DNA from: Eledone cirrhosa
Taxonomy: Eukaryota
NCBI GenBank assembly: GCA_964016885.1
Contig: OZ024741.1
Coordinates: forward strand, 69,688,001 to 69,752,000
Length of the DNA stretch: 64,000 nt
Direction of reading: 5' to 3'
Within the stretch, counting starts at the first letter, position 1; the number at the start of each line of letters is the position of its first letter. This document shows, in pieces, positions 52,309 through 64,000 of the stretch. The notes beneath the pieces were generated by a model. That model had not been told where the DNA came from. It was given only the letters and a program-made list of their open reading frames with translations, and ran no database searches. The position numbers were made by a program, and so were the translations under genes.

Positions 52309-52900
52309 GTATGAGGGCTGATTGAAAAATTCATAGGGTGACCACGATGCTCTCATGGAATGTGACCAAATGATGTTTATTTTTCAACATAGTTCCCCTT
52401 GCAGTCCACATACTTCTTCCATCGGTGTTGCAGTGCTTAGTGATCAACCAGTTCAAAGCCATAGCCACAGTCACACATAGCAGCCATTGAAATCAAGGAC
52501 TTGTGTAATAGAGTACTGTCCTGATGAAACAAGACCCCTTTCGTCAGTTTTGCTGGGTGTTTGGTCTTGATAGCCTTTCATAACTGCCTCAGCAAGCTGG
52601 CATAGTACTCTCCATTAATGGTGTGGTCCTTTTGAAGATAGTCAATAAACATAATGTCTTTTGCATCCCCCAAAGTCTGAGGCTGTCATCTTCCATGTGG
52701 ATGAAATGACCATGGCCTATTTAGGAGGAGGGGGTGTTTCCAATGCAGGAATTGTCTCTTTGTCTCTGGCTCAGTGATGAACCTAACACTCATCCTGGGT
52801 TAGGAAACGTTCAAGGAAACCAGCTGTGTTGTCACAGTTACCTTAAATCCCAGAAGAGGTGTTGTGTTCAAACATAACTACCTCAATGATACAAGCCCGA
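52309..52900 (-). mobile_element. Mariner transposon 3' remnant
   Basis: TIR-like tatgagggctgattgaaaaattcatagg, antisense of a W.KY.DC.G.YVEK-type end, and an LFHQD.T-like catalytic segment near 52515-52530. Confidence 0.65.
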
Positions 52901-53379
52901 ATAGTGTGGGACAGCACTTTCAGGTATGCAGGACCCCATGTGCTACCTGCTTTATGGTCCCAGCGAACAAAATGGTGAAAATGTTGCCCCAGATGATGGT
53001 GAGGGAGAAGCTTTAAAAAAGCCATTATAACTTGTGTGGCTCATTTCTGCATGTGATATAAAAATATCGAGTTAGTATGGCATATTCTAAACAAGTTGAA
53101 TCTTTAGAGTCTCACAATTTACAGGGGCCTTGAAAAATGTTAGAAAATGTGTGAATGAGGCTCATAGGACTGCTACCTTTGTAGAAGAAACCATCGTGAG
53201 AAAGCACCATTAATCCTTTAACCCCACCAGTGTTCCATTACAAGGACATCTGTATTTTAAAATGTAATTTAGTTGTCAGTACTAGCTTATCAGGAATACA
53301 ATGCAATATATAGAATTGGCAACAACAACATAATTTTATATCCCTACATTTACTTTACTATGTGATACAACTCATAATT

Positions 53380-53560
53380 ATTTCTACTTTTGGCACAAGG
53401 CCAGCAATTACCCATTGTATTACTGGTACTTTATTTTATCGACCCTGTAAGGATGAAAGGCAAAGTTAACTTCGGCGGGATTCAAACTCAGAATGGCAAG
53501 GGCCGTAACTCTATGCATCAAAGCATAGCGTCCGACTCTCTACCGATACTGCCAATCCAC
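53380..53560 (-). mobile_element. Family 2 SINE
   Basis: Close match to 34515-34700. Confidence 0.8.
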
Positions 53561-54539
53561 CTCATAATGTTTAGCAAAAGGATGTACTACCTGAAGCTGC
53601 GTGTGTCATCATCATCATCTCGGACTGTGATTATACAGGTTGGGGAACTGCATATTTTGGCATGGCTTCTGTGGCTGGATGCTCTTCCTAACACCAACCA
53701 CTTTGCAGCATGTGCTAGGTGTGTGTTATCATGGCACCAGCACTACCTCTTTACAAGGTGTAGTGTATGCATGTTATCATGGCGCCAACACTAGTGAAAT
53801 TGACAAATCATCAACAGGGCTAAAGCGACCTCTCTATCCTGTGTTGTCTCATCCAGTTGGCACCAATACAAGAGAGGTTGGCTTATCTAGTGTATGCTAA
53901 ACAGACCTCTTAACTCCAAGTATTCCCCTATCTCTCACCATATTTACTGACTTTTAGTGTCACAGTGCTTGTATTGATGACAAAGAAACGCAGTGAATGG
54001 AGGCAAGCTGTGCTGTAGAGAACCCCTCCAACCCATGTAAACATGAAAGGGGGATATAACATGAGGATGCTGATATATGTATATGTGTGTATATATAAAA
54101 ATCTACCTCCTCTAACCCCATGCAGCTCCTTCACTCCAGCCCCAGTCCACACTGTAAAGTAGTCAGTTGGTGTCTTAATAAAAAGCACCCAGTACACACT
54201 TTAAATGTGGTTGGCATTAGGAGGGGCATCTAGCCATAGAAAACTAACCAGAAGCAGTTCTATATGAGCAAGACATGGTCATCTGACCTGGCTTGTCTCA
54301 CAATGTGACAACTCGTCTAACCCATGCTAGTATTAAATGGTGATGATATATATATACACTACAATGACTGAGATATACTATATATATAAAGTTAGTTCCA
54401 CAACAAATTAGCCACTTTGTTGTGGAACTAACTTTATACCAAACTCTTCTTATGGACTGAGTGCTTTGCTTACTATGGATATAACCTCCTGGTGTTTTAA
54501 CACTATATATATATATGGTTCAACAAGAAAAATAATGCT

Positions 54540-55700
54540 TATGAAAGCAAAATAAATTGTAATAGTTCTGTGGATAGGTGTGGAGCTAAGGGGTGTAAAT
54601 GCTGTGAGGTGCTTGTTTGTGATAAGACTTTTAGAAGTTACATTACAGGCAAGGGTTTCATAGTGGATAGCGGTTTGAGACTGGATGCTTGCCTGGGGAG
54701 AAAAGGGATAGGAGAATTTTCATCAGTTATTCATATTGACTACAATTGGGAGGATTTTATTTAACTACAATAAGTACTTAGCTAATATTAGCACGGAGGA
54801 ATTAAGGAGGGCTTGTGATGGGTTACGTGATTGTAAATGTTCTAGGTTCTGCCTGGGTTCAGGAAGTGGAGCATGTAATTACTGATGATCTGAGTATAGT
54901 TGAGAACAAGGATCTGAGATGGCTTATGATGAAGAGTACTAAATTTAGGGAATCTGTAAGGACAAACAAGTCCACAGTAGGAAAGTTGGTGTTGGAATCA
55001 ATCAAAGATTTTGTGGTTAAGTTAGGCTTGAAATTTGGTTTTGCTTGTGAGGTGCTCTGGAAATGGAAGGAGAGAGTTGTTAGCTTGGTAAAGAATAGGT
55101 TAAGAGGGTTGGGCACAATGGCTCAGGGGATGTCTAAACTTAATGAGTCCGAGGTGAAACAATTTTTGGATGGGTTTCACAATAGGTATATCATAGTGCC
55201 GGTGGATAAAGCAGCAGGTAATTTTGTCATAATATACAAAAGAATAATACCTGTCAGTTTTAGCTAGTGAGTTAAGATGTGGTGTTAATTATAACTTTAG
55301 TGGTAATAGAACATATAAGCTGATTGTAAAGTTTAGGTGTGAAGTAGTGGATCTGAGTGGTTATCAGTTTGAAAATCTGTGTGTTCCCAGAGTCTTTTGG
55401 ATACCCAAGTTACACAAAACTTAATTTGGATATAGATTTATAGCCAGAGCTAATAAGTGCACAAATAGACAAGAAGGTATTTTAGTTAATGAAGATTTAG
55501 GAGTAGTTAAAGAGTCTTTTGATAGATATTATGGTACAATTCTTGCAAATAGTGGAATGGATATGAGGTGGAGTATAGGATCTACTTACAATTTTTAAAC
55601 TAGATTCAATAGAATAAAGATATAAAAACAATGCTCATATATGATTGTTCTACCCTTTACACTAGTTTGGAACTGGATTTAGTTAAAAACGGGATGGTTT
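54540..55700 (+). mobile_element. PLE reverse-transcriptase relic
   Basis: RYIIVPVDKAAGNFVII, PRVFWIPKLHK..YRFIA..KC and YDCSTLYTSL motifs; upstream CGAKGCKCC..FRSYITGK; many stops. Confidence 0.75.
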
Positions 55701-55782
55701 TGGTTTGGTTTTCGGTTTCGTCTTTTATTTGATAGCTTAGTATTTTATTTAATCTTAACTATGTTTTACATTTGAGTGTGTA

Positions 55783-56075
55783 TCATCATCATCATCATCA
55801 CCGTTTTACGTCCGTTCTTCCACGCTAGCATGGGTTAGACGGGTTGTCCTGTTGTGGGCAGTGTCTGGTCGGCTAACCATGCCTTGCTCATACAGGAACT
55901 GATTTGGCTTGATTTCTACAGCTGGATGCCCTTCCTAACACCAACCTCATTTACAGTGAGTGTTGGGTGCTTTTTCGTGGCGCCTACACGTCCACTTTAC
56001 AGTGTGGGCTGGGTGCTTTTATGCCGTGGCACCTCCACGACCAGCTTGCGGTGGGGGGTGTGGGGGCATATTGTA
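55783..56075 (-). mobile_element. RTE family B 3' UTR, inverted relative to the adjacent long copy
   Basis: Reverse-complement similarity to ~59170-59458. Confidence 0.85.
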
Positions 56076-56179
56076 TATTATGTTTATTTTATATTATTAA
56101 TGACACTGAGATTTATACTTATTGCATTGCCTTTTCTTATAGTATTTTCTGATATCGTATTTATTTTTTCATTATGGAT

Positions 56180-59100
56180 TATGTGTGCAAGAGACTAGAT
56201 GGAGAGGAGAGTCTGCTAGAGTCCTTGTAGGAAAAAGTCAGTGCTACAAATTTTTCTGGGTGGGAAATGACGATGAGATGGGTGGTGTAGGTATACTACT
56301 AGCTGACAAGTGGGTAGATAAAGTAATCTCAGTGTACAGGGTAAATGCAAAAATCATTAAACTCATTAAACTCAGAGTAGTCCTGAATAAAACAATTACC
56401 ACAATAATATCAGCTTACGCACCCCAATCGGGGTTGCCAGACAAACTTAAGGATAGATTTTACGAGTCCCTAATGCACACTACTGCTCTAACAAACGACA
56501 ATGACTTCCTAATGCAGGAGATTTTAACGGACACGTAGGTAAACACTGTGACGGCTTCAATAGAGTCCATGGAGGCCACGGGGTTGGCACAAGAAATGAA
56601 GGATTCAGACTTCTAGAATTCTGAATGACGGATTCAGACTTCTAGAATTCTGAATGAAGGATTCAGACTTCTAGAATTCTGCGACGCCAATGACATGTCG
56701 ATATGTAACACAAACTTCAAAAAACCGGACAACCACCTGATCACCTATAGATCAGGGGAGCATTCTAGTCAGATAGATTTTATCCTCATCAGAGGATGTG
56801 ACAGATGGACGGTCGTAAACACAAAAGCCTTCCCTAGTGAGGAATGTACCTCCCAACATAGCTTAGTTGTCAGCGACCTCACGGGCAGAACTAGACGAAC
56901 CTGGAAACAGAGGCCAACCTGGAGAAGAAAGATCTGGAAGCTGAAAGACCCCTCAGCCAGTAACAGATTTAAAGATATTTTACTCAACGCCTACGACAGT
57001 AAAGAAGAACAGATAGACATTCAATGTAGAAGATCACTCGGAGTTCCTAAAAAATAACTTACTAGAGGCGACGGATGAGGTCTGTGGCTGGAGTAACACC
57101 ACAAGCAGGAGGAGAGTGACTTGGTGGTGGAACAATGAGGCAGTTAAGGCCAAGAGGCAGGCATGGAAAGAATGGAAGAACGGGGGGAGCAGGTTACATT
57201 ACATAGAGACCAAGAGGGAAGCTAGGCGACAAGTATACTTAGCTAGGAGGGAAGCAGAGGATAGAAAATTCAAGCATGTTTTGCAACGTGAGGACCAGAA
57301 ACAGGAGGTGTTCAAGATTGCGAGGCAGTGTGTCAGAGAGAATTGTGATGTCATTGGAGAGAAGTGTATCCGGAATGATAAAGGTGAGCTTGCCCTCATA
57401 AGTGCTGAGAAGAAAGATGCATGGAAGAGCCATTATGATAGATTACTAAATGAGGAGAATGCATGGGAAGAAGAGACCCTATAGAGGGGCCAGCAGTACA
57501 AGTCAGCAGCAGCGTAGTAAGGCAATCAAAGATATGAAGATGGGGAAGGCAACTGGTCCATTGGGGATAGCTGTCGAGATGCTGAAGACATCTGGGTCTG
57601 TAGGTCACACTATAACCACACATATTGTTAACCAGGTAATACTAGAAGGTGTCATACCAAAAGATTGGTGCAGTAGCATCATTGTCAACTGCTACAAAGG
57701 TAAAGGTGATGCACTAGATAGAGGAAACTATAGAGGTATAAAGCTGATGGACTAGGTCATGAAAGTAACAGAAAGAGTTATAGCACAGTTGATTAGGGAC
57801 CGGGTGAAACTAGATGAGATGCAATTTGGGTTTGTACCAGGAAGAGGCACCACTGATGCCCTCTTCCTTGTGAGGCAGTTACAGGAAAAGTACCTAGCTA
57901 AAAGTAAGCCACTCTACCTGGCATTTGTCGATCTCGAGAAAGCCTTTGACAGAGTTCCACGTGCTGTAATCTGGTGGGCTCTTAGAAAACTAGGAGTAGA
58001 TGAATGGCTTGTGAAAGCTGTACAAGCCATGTATAGAGGAGCAGTCAGCAAAGTTAGGATTAGCAATGAGTATAGCGAGGAATTTAGCGTACAGGTTGGT
58101 GTCCACCAGGGCTTTGTTCTTAGCCCTCTCCTGTTCATCATAGTCCTGCAGGCAATAACAGAGGAGTTTAAGACCGGATGCCCATGGGAACTCCTGTATG
58201 CTGATGACCTCGCACTTATAGCTGAATCTATGGTAGAACTAGAGAAGAAATTCCAAACTTGGAAGCAGGGACTAGAAAGAAAGGGTCTCAAAGTCAACAT
58301 GACAAAGACTAAGGTCCTTGTAAGTAGATGAGAAAACAGAACCCAAATCCCCTCAGGGAAATGGCCTTGCTCAGTATGTAGGAAAGGTGTAGGAAGGAAC
58401 TCCATTCTATGCCCCAAATGCAAACAATGGGTACACAAGAGATGTAGCGGGATCTCAGGAAGCTTAATTAAGAATGTAGGCTTCACATGCAGCAGCTGTG
58501 CTGGGACAGCAAGCAGCAAACAGCCACAAGAAACAAGTACCACCAATCTCTGGGAGGGCTCTGTAGAAACAGTAGACAGCTTCTGCTACCTAGGTGACCA
58601 AATTAGTAGCGGAGGTGGGTGTTCAGAAAGTACAATAACTAGGGTAAGAACGGGATGGAAGAAATTCAGGGAACTACTGCCACTGCTAGCTGCAAAAGGC
58701 TTCTCCCTCAAAATGAAAGGCAGACTGTATGGTGCATGTATCCGAACAGCAATGTTACATGGTAGTGAGACCTGGGCGCTGAAGGTGGAAGACTTACTTA
58801 GATTAGAAAGAAACGAAGCCTGCATGCTCCGATGGATGTGTAATAGTAATATACGTGAACGACAAAGCATAAATGAATTGAGAGATAGACTGATCTTAAG
58901 AGGAATCAAATGCTGTGTGCAGGAGAGGCGGTTGCGTTGCTATGGACATGTGATGAGTATGAAGGATGACAGCTGCATAAAAAGGTACAGAGCACTAGAA
59001 GTCAATGGAAACCGCGGAGTGGGGAGACCCAAGAAGACCTGGGATGAGGTGATAAAAGCCGACCTTACCCAATTACACCTCTCAAAGGCGATGACACACG

Positions 59101-59458
59101 ACCGCGACCTCTGGCGTCATGCAGTAATACAGAGTACCCGACCTCCCATGGGTACAAGCTGAAGCATATAGACAATATGCCCCTACACCCTCCCACTGCA
59201 AGGTGGTCGTGGAGGTGCTATGGCAAAAAAGCACCCAGCCCACACTGTAAAGTGGACGTGTAGGTGCCACGGAAAAAGCACCCAGCATTCACTGTAAATG
59301 AGGTTGGTGTTAGGAAGGGCATCCAGCTGTAGTAATCAAGCAAACATCAGTTCCTGTATGAGGAAGGCATGGTCAGCCGACCAGACACTGCCCACAACAG
59401 GACAACCCGTCTAACCCATGCTAGCATGGAAGAACGGACGTAAAACGGTGATGATGAT
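56180..59458 (+). mobile_element. RTE LINE (family B), near full ORF, disrupted
   Basis: QETRW, GVGIL, SAYAPQ, QIDFIL (APE); RT motifs with LYADD; Cys finger; tail. A 29-bp triplication lies at 56595-56681. Confidence 0.95.
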
Positions 59459-59479
59459 TCATTTAATTTTTTTCTTAAT

Positions 59480-60110
59480 AAATTGGGTATTTCTTAATTT
59501 TATTTTGGTTTTTAGGTTATGGAGTAGGAACTAGATGTCTTGTATTCTTCATCTTGTAATTGTTTTGCTCATTTCCTTAATAATTTAGTGTTTTTTCTTG
59601 ACTATTAATTTGTTTTTTTATGTTATTTTTTGAAACCTGGTCCTCCTGATGTGCAACATCACATCATCTTGGGGGATTGTTTGAAGGTTTAAGTTCAAGG
59701 GTATACGTGAAAGGGTGGAGCACGGCCTATTATGTAATGGGGTTGTTGCTGCAGTAATAATAGATGTTATTTAATGTTTATTCTTATACAGAAACTGTGT
59801 AATTTGATGACTGCTTCAAAAAGTCTGTCTCCCCCATACTCATATTTACAGCGGGTTAGGGGTTGGGAAGTATGGATGATGTCTGAAGTAGAGATTATAG
59901 GGTATATCTTAGTTCTAATTCAGTTCAGGATTGGCTTTGTTTTTACAAATGTATTTTTTATGAGTTTGGAATCAACGGTCTTGTCCACTAGATGTGTTTA
60001 TTGTTGGCTTTGTTTTCTGAGTGTATTATTTGTGTATAAGGCATTCGGGGGTTGCTTACATTTGTTCTGGGTGTGTCTGCATCCAGATTTGTGCATTTGA
60101 CAAATTCTAC
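59480..60110 (-). mobile_element. Possible degenerate PLE GIY-YIG fragment
   Basis: Minus strand reads RCKYEYGG..KLHSFCIR..PFHVYP, a decayed C..YVGET..H-like pattern. Confidence 0.35.
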
Positions 60111-60607
60111 ATATTTGTTTGCATATATACGTATGTGATGATGATGATGATGATATATATATCATCATCATCAATTAACATCTATCTTCCATGCTAGCAT
60201 GGGTTAGATGGGTTTGTCCCATTTAGAGGCAAGTTGGGTCGGGTGACCATGTCTCGCTCATATAGGAGAGTTTCTGGCTGCTTTTCTACGGCTGGATGTC
60301 CTTCCTAACGCCAACCACATTGACAGTGTTTGCTGGGTGCTTTTTGCCATGTCTTTTACACGTCCACTTTACAATGTGGGCTGGGTGCTTTTTGTTATGA
60401 CACCTACACGATCACTTTATAGTGTGGGAGGGATGTTTTGTGGTACCAGTATAATATACATATATATATGCATATATATACATGCGCATATCGTAATTAT
60501 GGCATACACATATATATATATATATTTGCATGCATATACATATATCATACATGTAAAATACATACACATATCATACATACTTCATATACATATATACACA
60601 CTATATA

Positions 60608-62842
60608 TCATCATCATCATCATCATCAACGTTTAACGTCCGTGTTCCACGCTTGCATGGGTTTGGACGGGGGTAGTCCCACTTGAGGCAAGAGTGATTG
60701 TCTTGCTCGCATAGGACTGTCTGGCAGGTTTTCTACAGTTGGATGCCCTTCCTAACACCAACCACATTTACAGTGTGGGTCTGGGAGGTTTTTACCGTGT
60801 TGCCTACACGGCCACACTACAGCGTGGACTGTGTGTTTTTTTGTCGTGACACCTACACGATCTCATTTGTTTCGGCCTGGATGGCGCGGCACCAACATAA
60901 CTTTACATAGAACGGGGTGGTGTGGATGGGGTGGGGGTGGTGGCGGGACGGGTGTATTTTGTTAGAGATGCCTACTGGCAAGGCGGGTCTTCTCTGTTAC
61001 TGAGTACCGCCAAAGGTCTCGGTCCAGTGACATTATCTTGGAGAGGTGTAAGTGTGTGAGGTCGGAGTTTATCAGCTCGTCCCAGGTTTTTCTAGGTCTG
61101 CCTATTCCGTGGCTACCGTCTATCTTTATTGCCCTGCACTTTGTTATACAGCTATCGACTTTCATGCGCATCACGTGTCCATACCAACGTAGCCTTCTCT
61201 CGAGTAAACAACATCTGATCCCTCTTATCTCTAATTTTTTCCTTAGTTTGTTTATGCTTTGCCGTTCATGTATATTACTGTTACACATCCAGCAGAGCAT
61301 GCAAGCTTCGTTCCTCTCTAGTCTGCGTATATCCTCTGCACACAATGCCCAGGTATCACTGCCATGCAACATTGCTGTTCGTATGCAGGCATCGTACAAC
61401 CTGCCTTTCATTTTTAGGGAGAACCCTTTAGCAGCTAATAGTGGTATAAGCTCTCTGAACTTTTTCCAACCAGTTCTGACTCTAGCTACTGTACTTTCAG
61501 AGCACCCTCCCCCACTGCTGATTTTATCGCCCAGGTAACGGAAGCTGTCCACTATTTCTATAGAACCCTCTGCGCAATTGAAGGAGCTAGTATTTTGTGG
61601 GCACTTGCTGCTACTTATTGCACCAGAACACCGGCCACATGTAAAATCTATGTTCTTAGTTAGCTTACCTGTGATCCCACTACATCTTTTATGCACCCAT
61701 ACTTTGCATTTAGGACATAAAATGGAGTTTCTACCTACGCCTTTCCTACACACCGAGCACGACCATTTCCCAGAAGGGACCGCCGCCTTGTTTTCTTTCC
61801 TACAAACTAGAACTTTAGTCTTAGCCAGGTTAATTTTAAGTCCTTTTGATTCTAGGCCATGCTTCCATGTTTGGAATTTCTTCTCTAGCTCGGCCATTGA
61901 TTCTGCTATGAGTGTCAGGTCGTCTGCGTATAGGAGTTCCCATGGGCAGCCGGTCTTGAACTCCTCTGTTATAGCCTGAAGGGCAATAATAAATAGTAGG
62001 GGGCTGAGAACAGAGCCCTGATGGACGCCAACTTTTACGCTAAACTCTTCACTATATTCGTTGTTAATTCTAACCTTGCTGACTGTTTCTTTATACATGG
62101 CTTGTATAGCCCTCACAAGCCATTCGTCAACGCCTAGTTTTCTAAGAGCCCACCAGATAATGGAGCGGGGAACTCTGTCGAAGGCTTTCTCCAAGTCGAC
62201 AAAAGCTAAGTAGAGGGGTTTACCTTTAGCTAGGTACTTCTCCTGTAGTTGTCGTACTATGAAAAGAGCGTCTGTGGTACTTTTGCCTGACACAAACCCG
62301 AACTGCATTTCATCTAGGTCAATTCTCTCTCTGATTAGTTGCGCTATTACTTTTTCTGTGACCTTCATGACCTGGTCGATTAATTTAATGCCTCTATAGT
62401 TACTCCTATCTAGGGCGTCTCCTTTACCCTTATAACAGTTAAAGATGATGCTGCTATGCCAGTCCTTCGGAACAACCCCATTCTGTACGACTTGGTTAAC
62501 TATGCGGGTGACCATGGTGTGTCCCACCGTGCCAGATGCCTTCAGCATCTCAGCAACTATTTCCGAAGGCCCAGCCGCCTTACCCGTCTTCTTATCCTTG
62601 ATTGCCTTACTTATTATACTCCCCTCGACTAACACTGCTGGTCCCTCTATTGGGTCGATATGGGGGAGACTGTCTTTCTCCCATTTATTCTCCTCATTTA
62701 GTAGCCTTTCATAGTGACACTTCCAAGCTACCTTCTTATCAGCGTCGGTGATGGCAAGTATGCCATCATCGTTAAGTACACACTTCTCCCCGACAATATC
62801 ACGGTTTTCCTTGACGCATTGCCTAGCAATCCTGAACACCTC
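60608..62842 (-). mobile_element. RTE family A, 5'-truncated, 625-codon open RT frame
   Basis: ORF 60962-62839 is uninterrupted through RT, Cys finger and C-terminus, followed by 3' UTR and (GAT)n. Confidence 0.96.
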
Positions 62843-63084
62843 AATATATGTATGTATTTTTTCTCGCGAGTCAGTTCTTTTGTTGCTACGGTCCCCGCGG
62901 CTGAATTACCGGTCGCTATCTTCAATTTGCAAAGCCCTTTAAACTGTATGTTATTACTCTAAGGTTTTATACCTGATCGAGTGCTTCGCTGCACTTCTGA
63001 ATGCATTCGTCGGCTTAGCTGCGGCTCGAGCTTCGAATATGCTGTACTTCCATTTGTATATATATATATATACATATATAGACC

Positions 63085-64000
63085 TCATCAAACTTGTCGA
63101 TTAGCATCCATCATTCATGGGTTGGGTGGATTGACCCTTGTTTAGCTCACCTGGGGCAGATTTTGGCTTGGTTTCTACAGCTACATGGCCACATTACAGT
63201 GTGGACTGGGCACTTTTTGTCGTGTCACCTACACAACCACTTTACAGTGTGGACTGGGCACCTTTGTCATGTCACCGACATGACCACTTTACAGTGGGGC
63301 CTGGGCACTTTTGTCTTGAGACTAGGGAGGGGGAAGAAGCTTGGGGGAAAATGTGGACAAGGTAGTAAGGGAGGTAAGGTTACCAATAAGGGGGGTGAAT
63401 GAGAGGGGATAGAAGGTTGAGAAAGGTGTTGCCTACTAGGTATAAGCCTCAGCATGAGAATAATAGATGGCGGATCTTCGGTAAAACTGCATAGTGCCAG
63501 AGGTCACGGTCCTGTGTCATTTCCTTTGAGAAGTGTAATTGTGCAAGGTCAGCTTTTATTACCTTATCCCAAGTCTTCCTAGGCATGCACACACCACGGC
63601 TACCATCGACTTTAAGCGCCCTGCACCTTATTATACAGCTGTCATACTTTATACGCATCACATGCCCATACCAACACAATCTCCTCTCCTGCATGCAACA
63701 ACTGATTCCTCTTATGCCTGACTTCTTACACAGTATATTTATACTTTGCTGTTCACGTATATTGCTATTGCACATCCAGCAAAGCATGGAGGCTTCATTT
63801 CTTTCCAATCTTCGCAGGTCCTCAGCACACAGTGCCCAGGTCTCGCTGCCGTGCAACATTGTTGTTCGTATACATGCATCATACAGTCTGCCTTTCATTT
63901 TGAAGGAAAAACCTTTTGTAATTAGTAACGGTTGTAGCTTCTTGAATTTTCTCCAACCCGATCTCACTCTGGTTACTGTGCTTTCAGAATACCCTCCTCC
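63085..64000 (-). mobile_element. RTE family C 3' part, runs off the window
   Basis: ORF 63449-63967 is nearly identical to 40907-41500. Confidence 0.92.

Overview
Repeat-saturated, AT-rich animal DNA. The repeat repertoire points to an octopus/cephalopod-type genome (inference: (TA)n/(CA)n tracts, RTE LINEs ending in (GAT)n, tRNA-derived SINEs with RTE tails). The window holds a 48-bp minisatellite (1-2820), many RTE LINE copies, two Tx1 LINE copies, a maT-like Tc1/mariner relic, several MITEs and at least four Penelope-like element (PLE) remnants. One convincing host-gene exon lies at 45667-45990 (+), encoding the N-terminus of a C1GALT1/T-synthase-like Golgi type II membrane protein. The main hidden layer is RNA structure. 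About eleven hammerhead-ribozyme motifs can be folded by hand: type I motifs with palindromic stem III at 3970, 4647, 17399, 17906, 19505, 19767, 20035, 21270 and 23988, mostly in PLE-style direct/inverted repeats. The other two, at 6370-6432 and 7115-7177, have their three strands in a non-canonical, pseudoknot-requiring order inside the direct repeats of a non-coding, retrozyme-like element. Nearly all short ORFs in the track are microsatellite or antisense-TE artefacts. All folds, identities and family calls are by eye.
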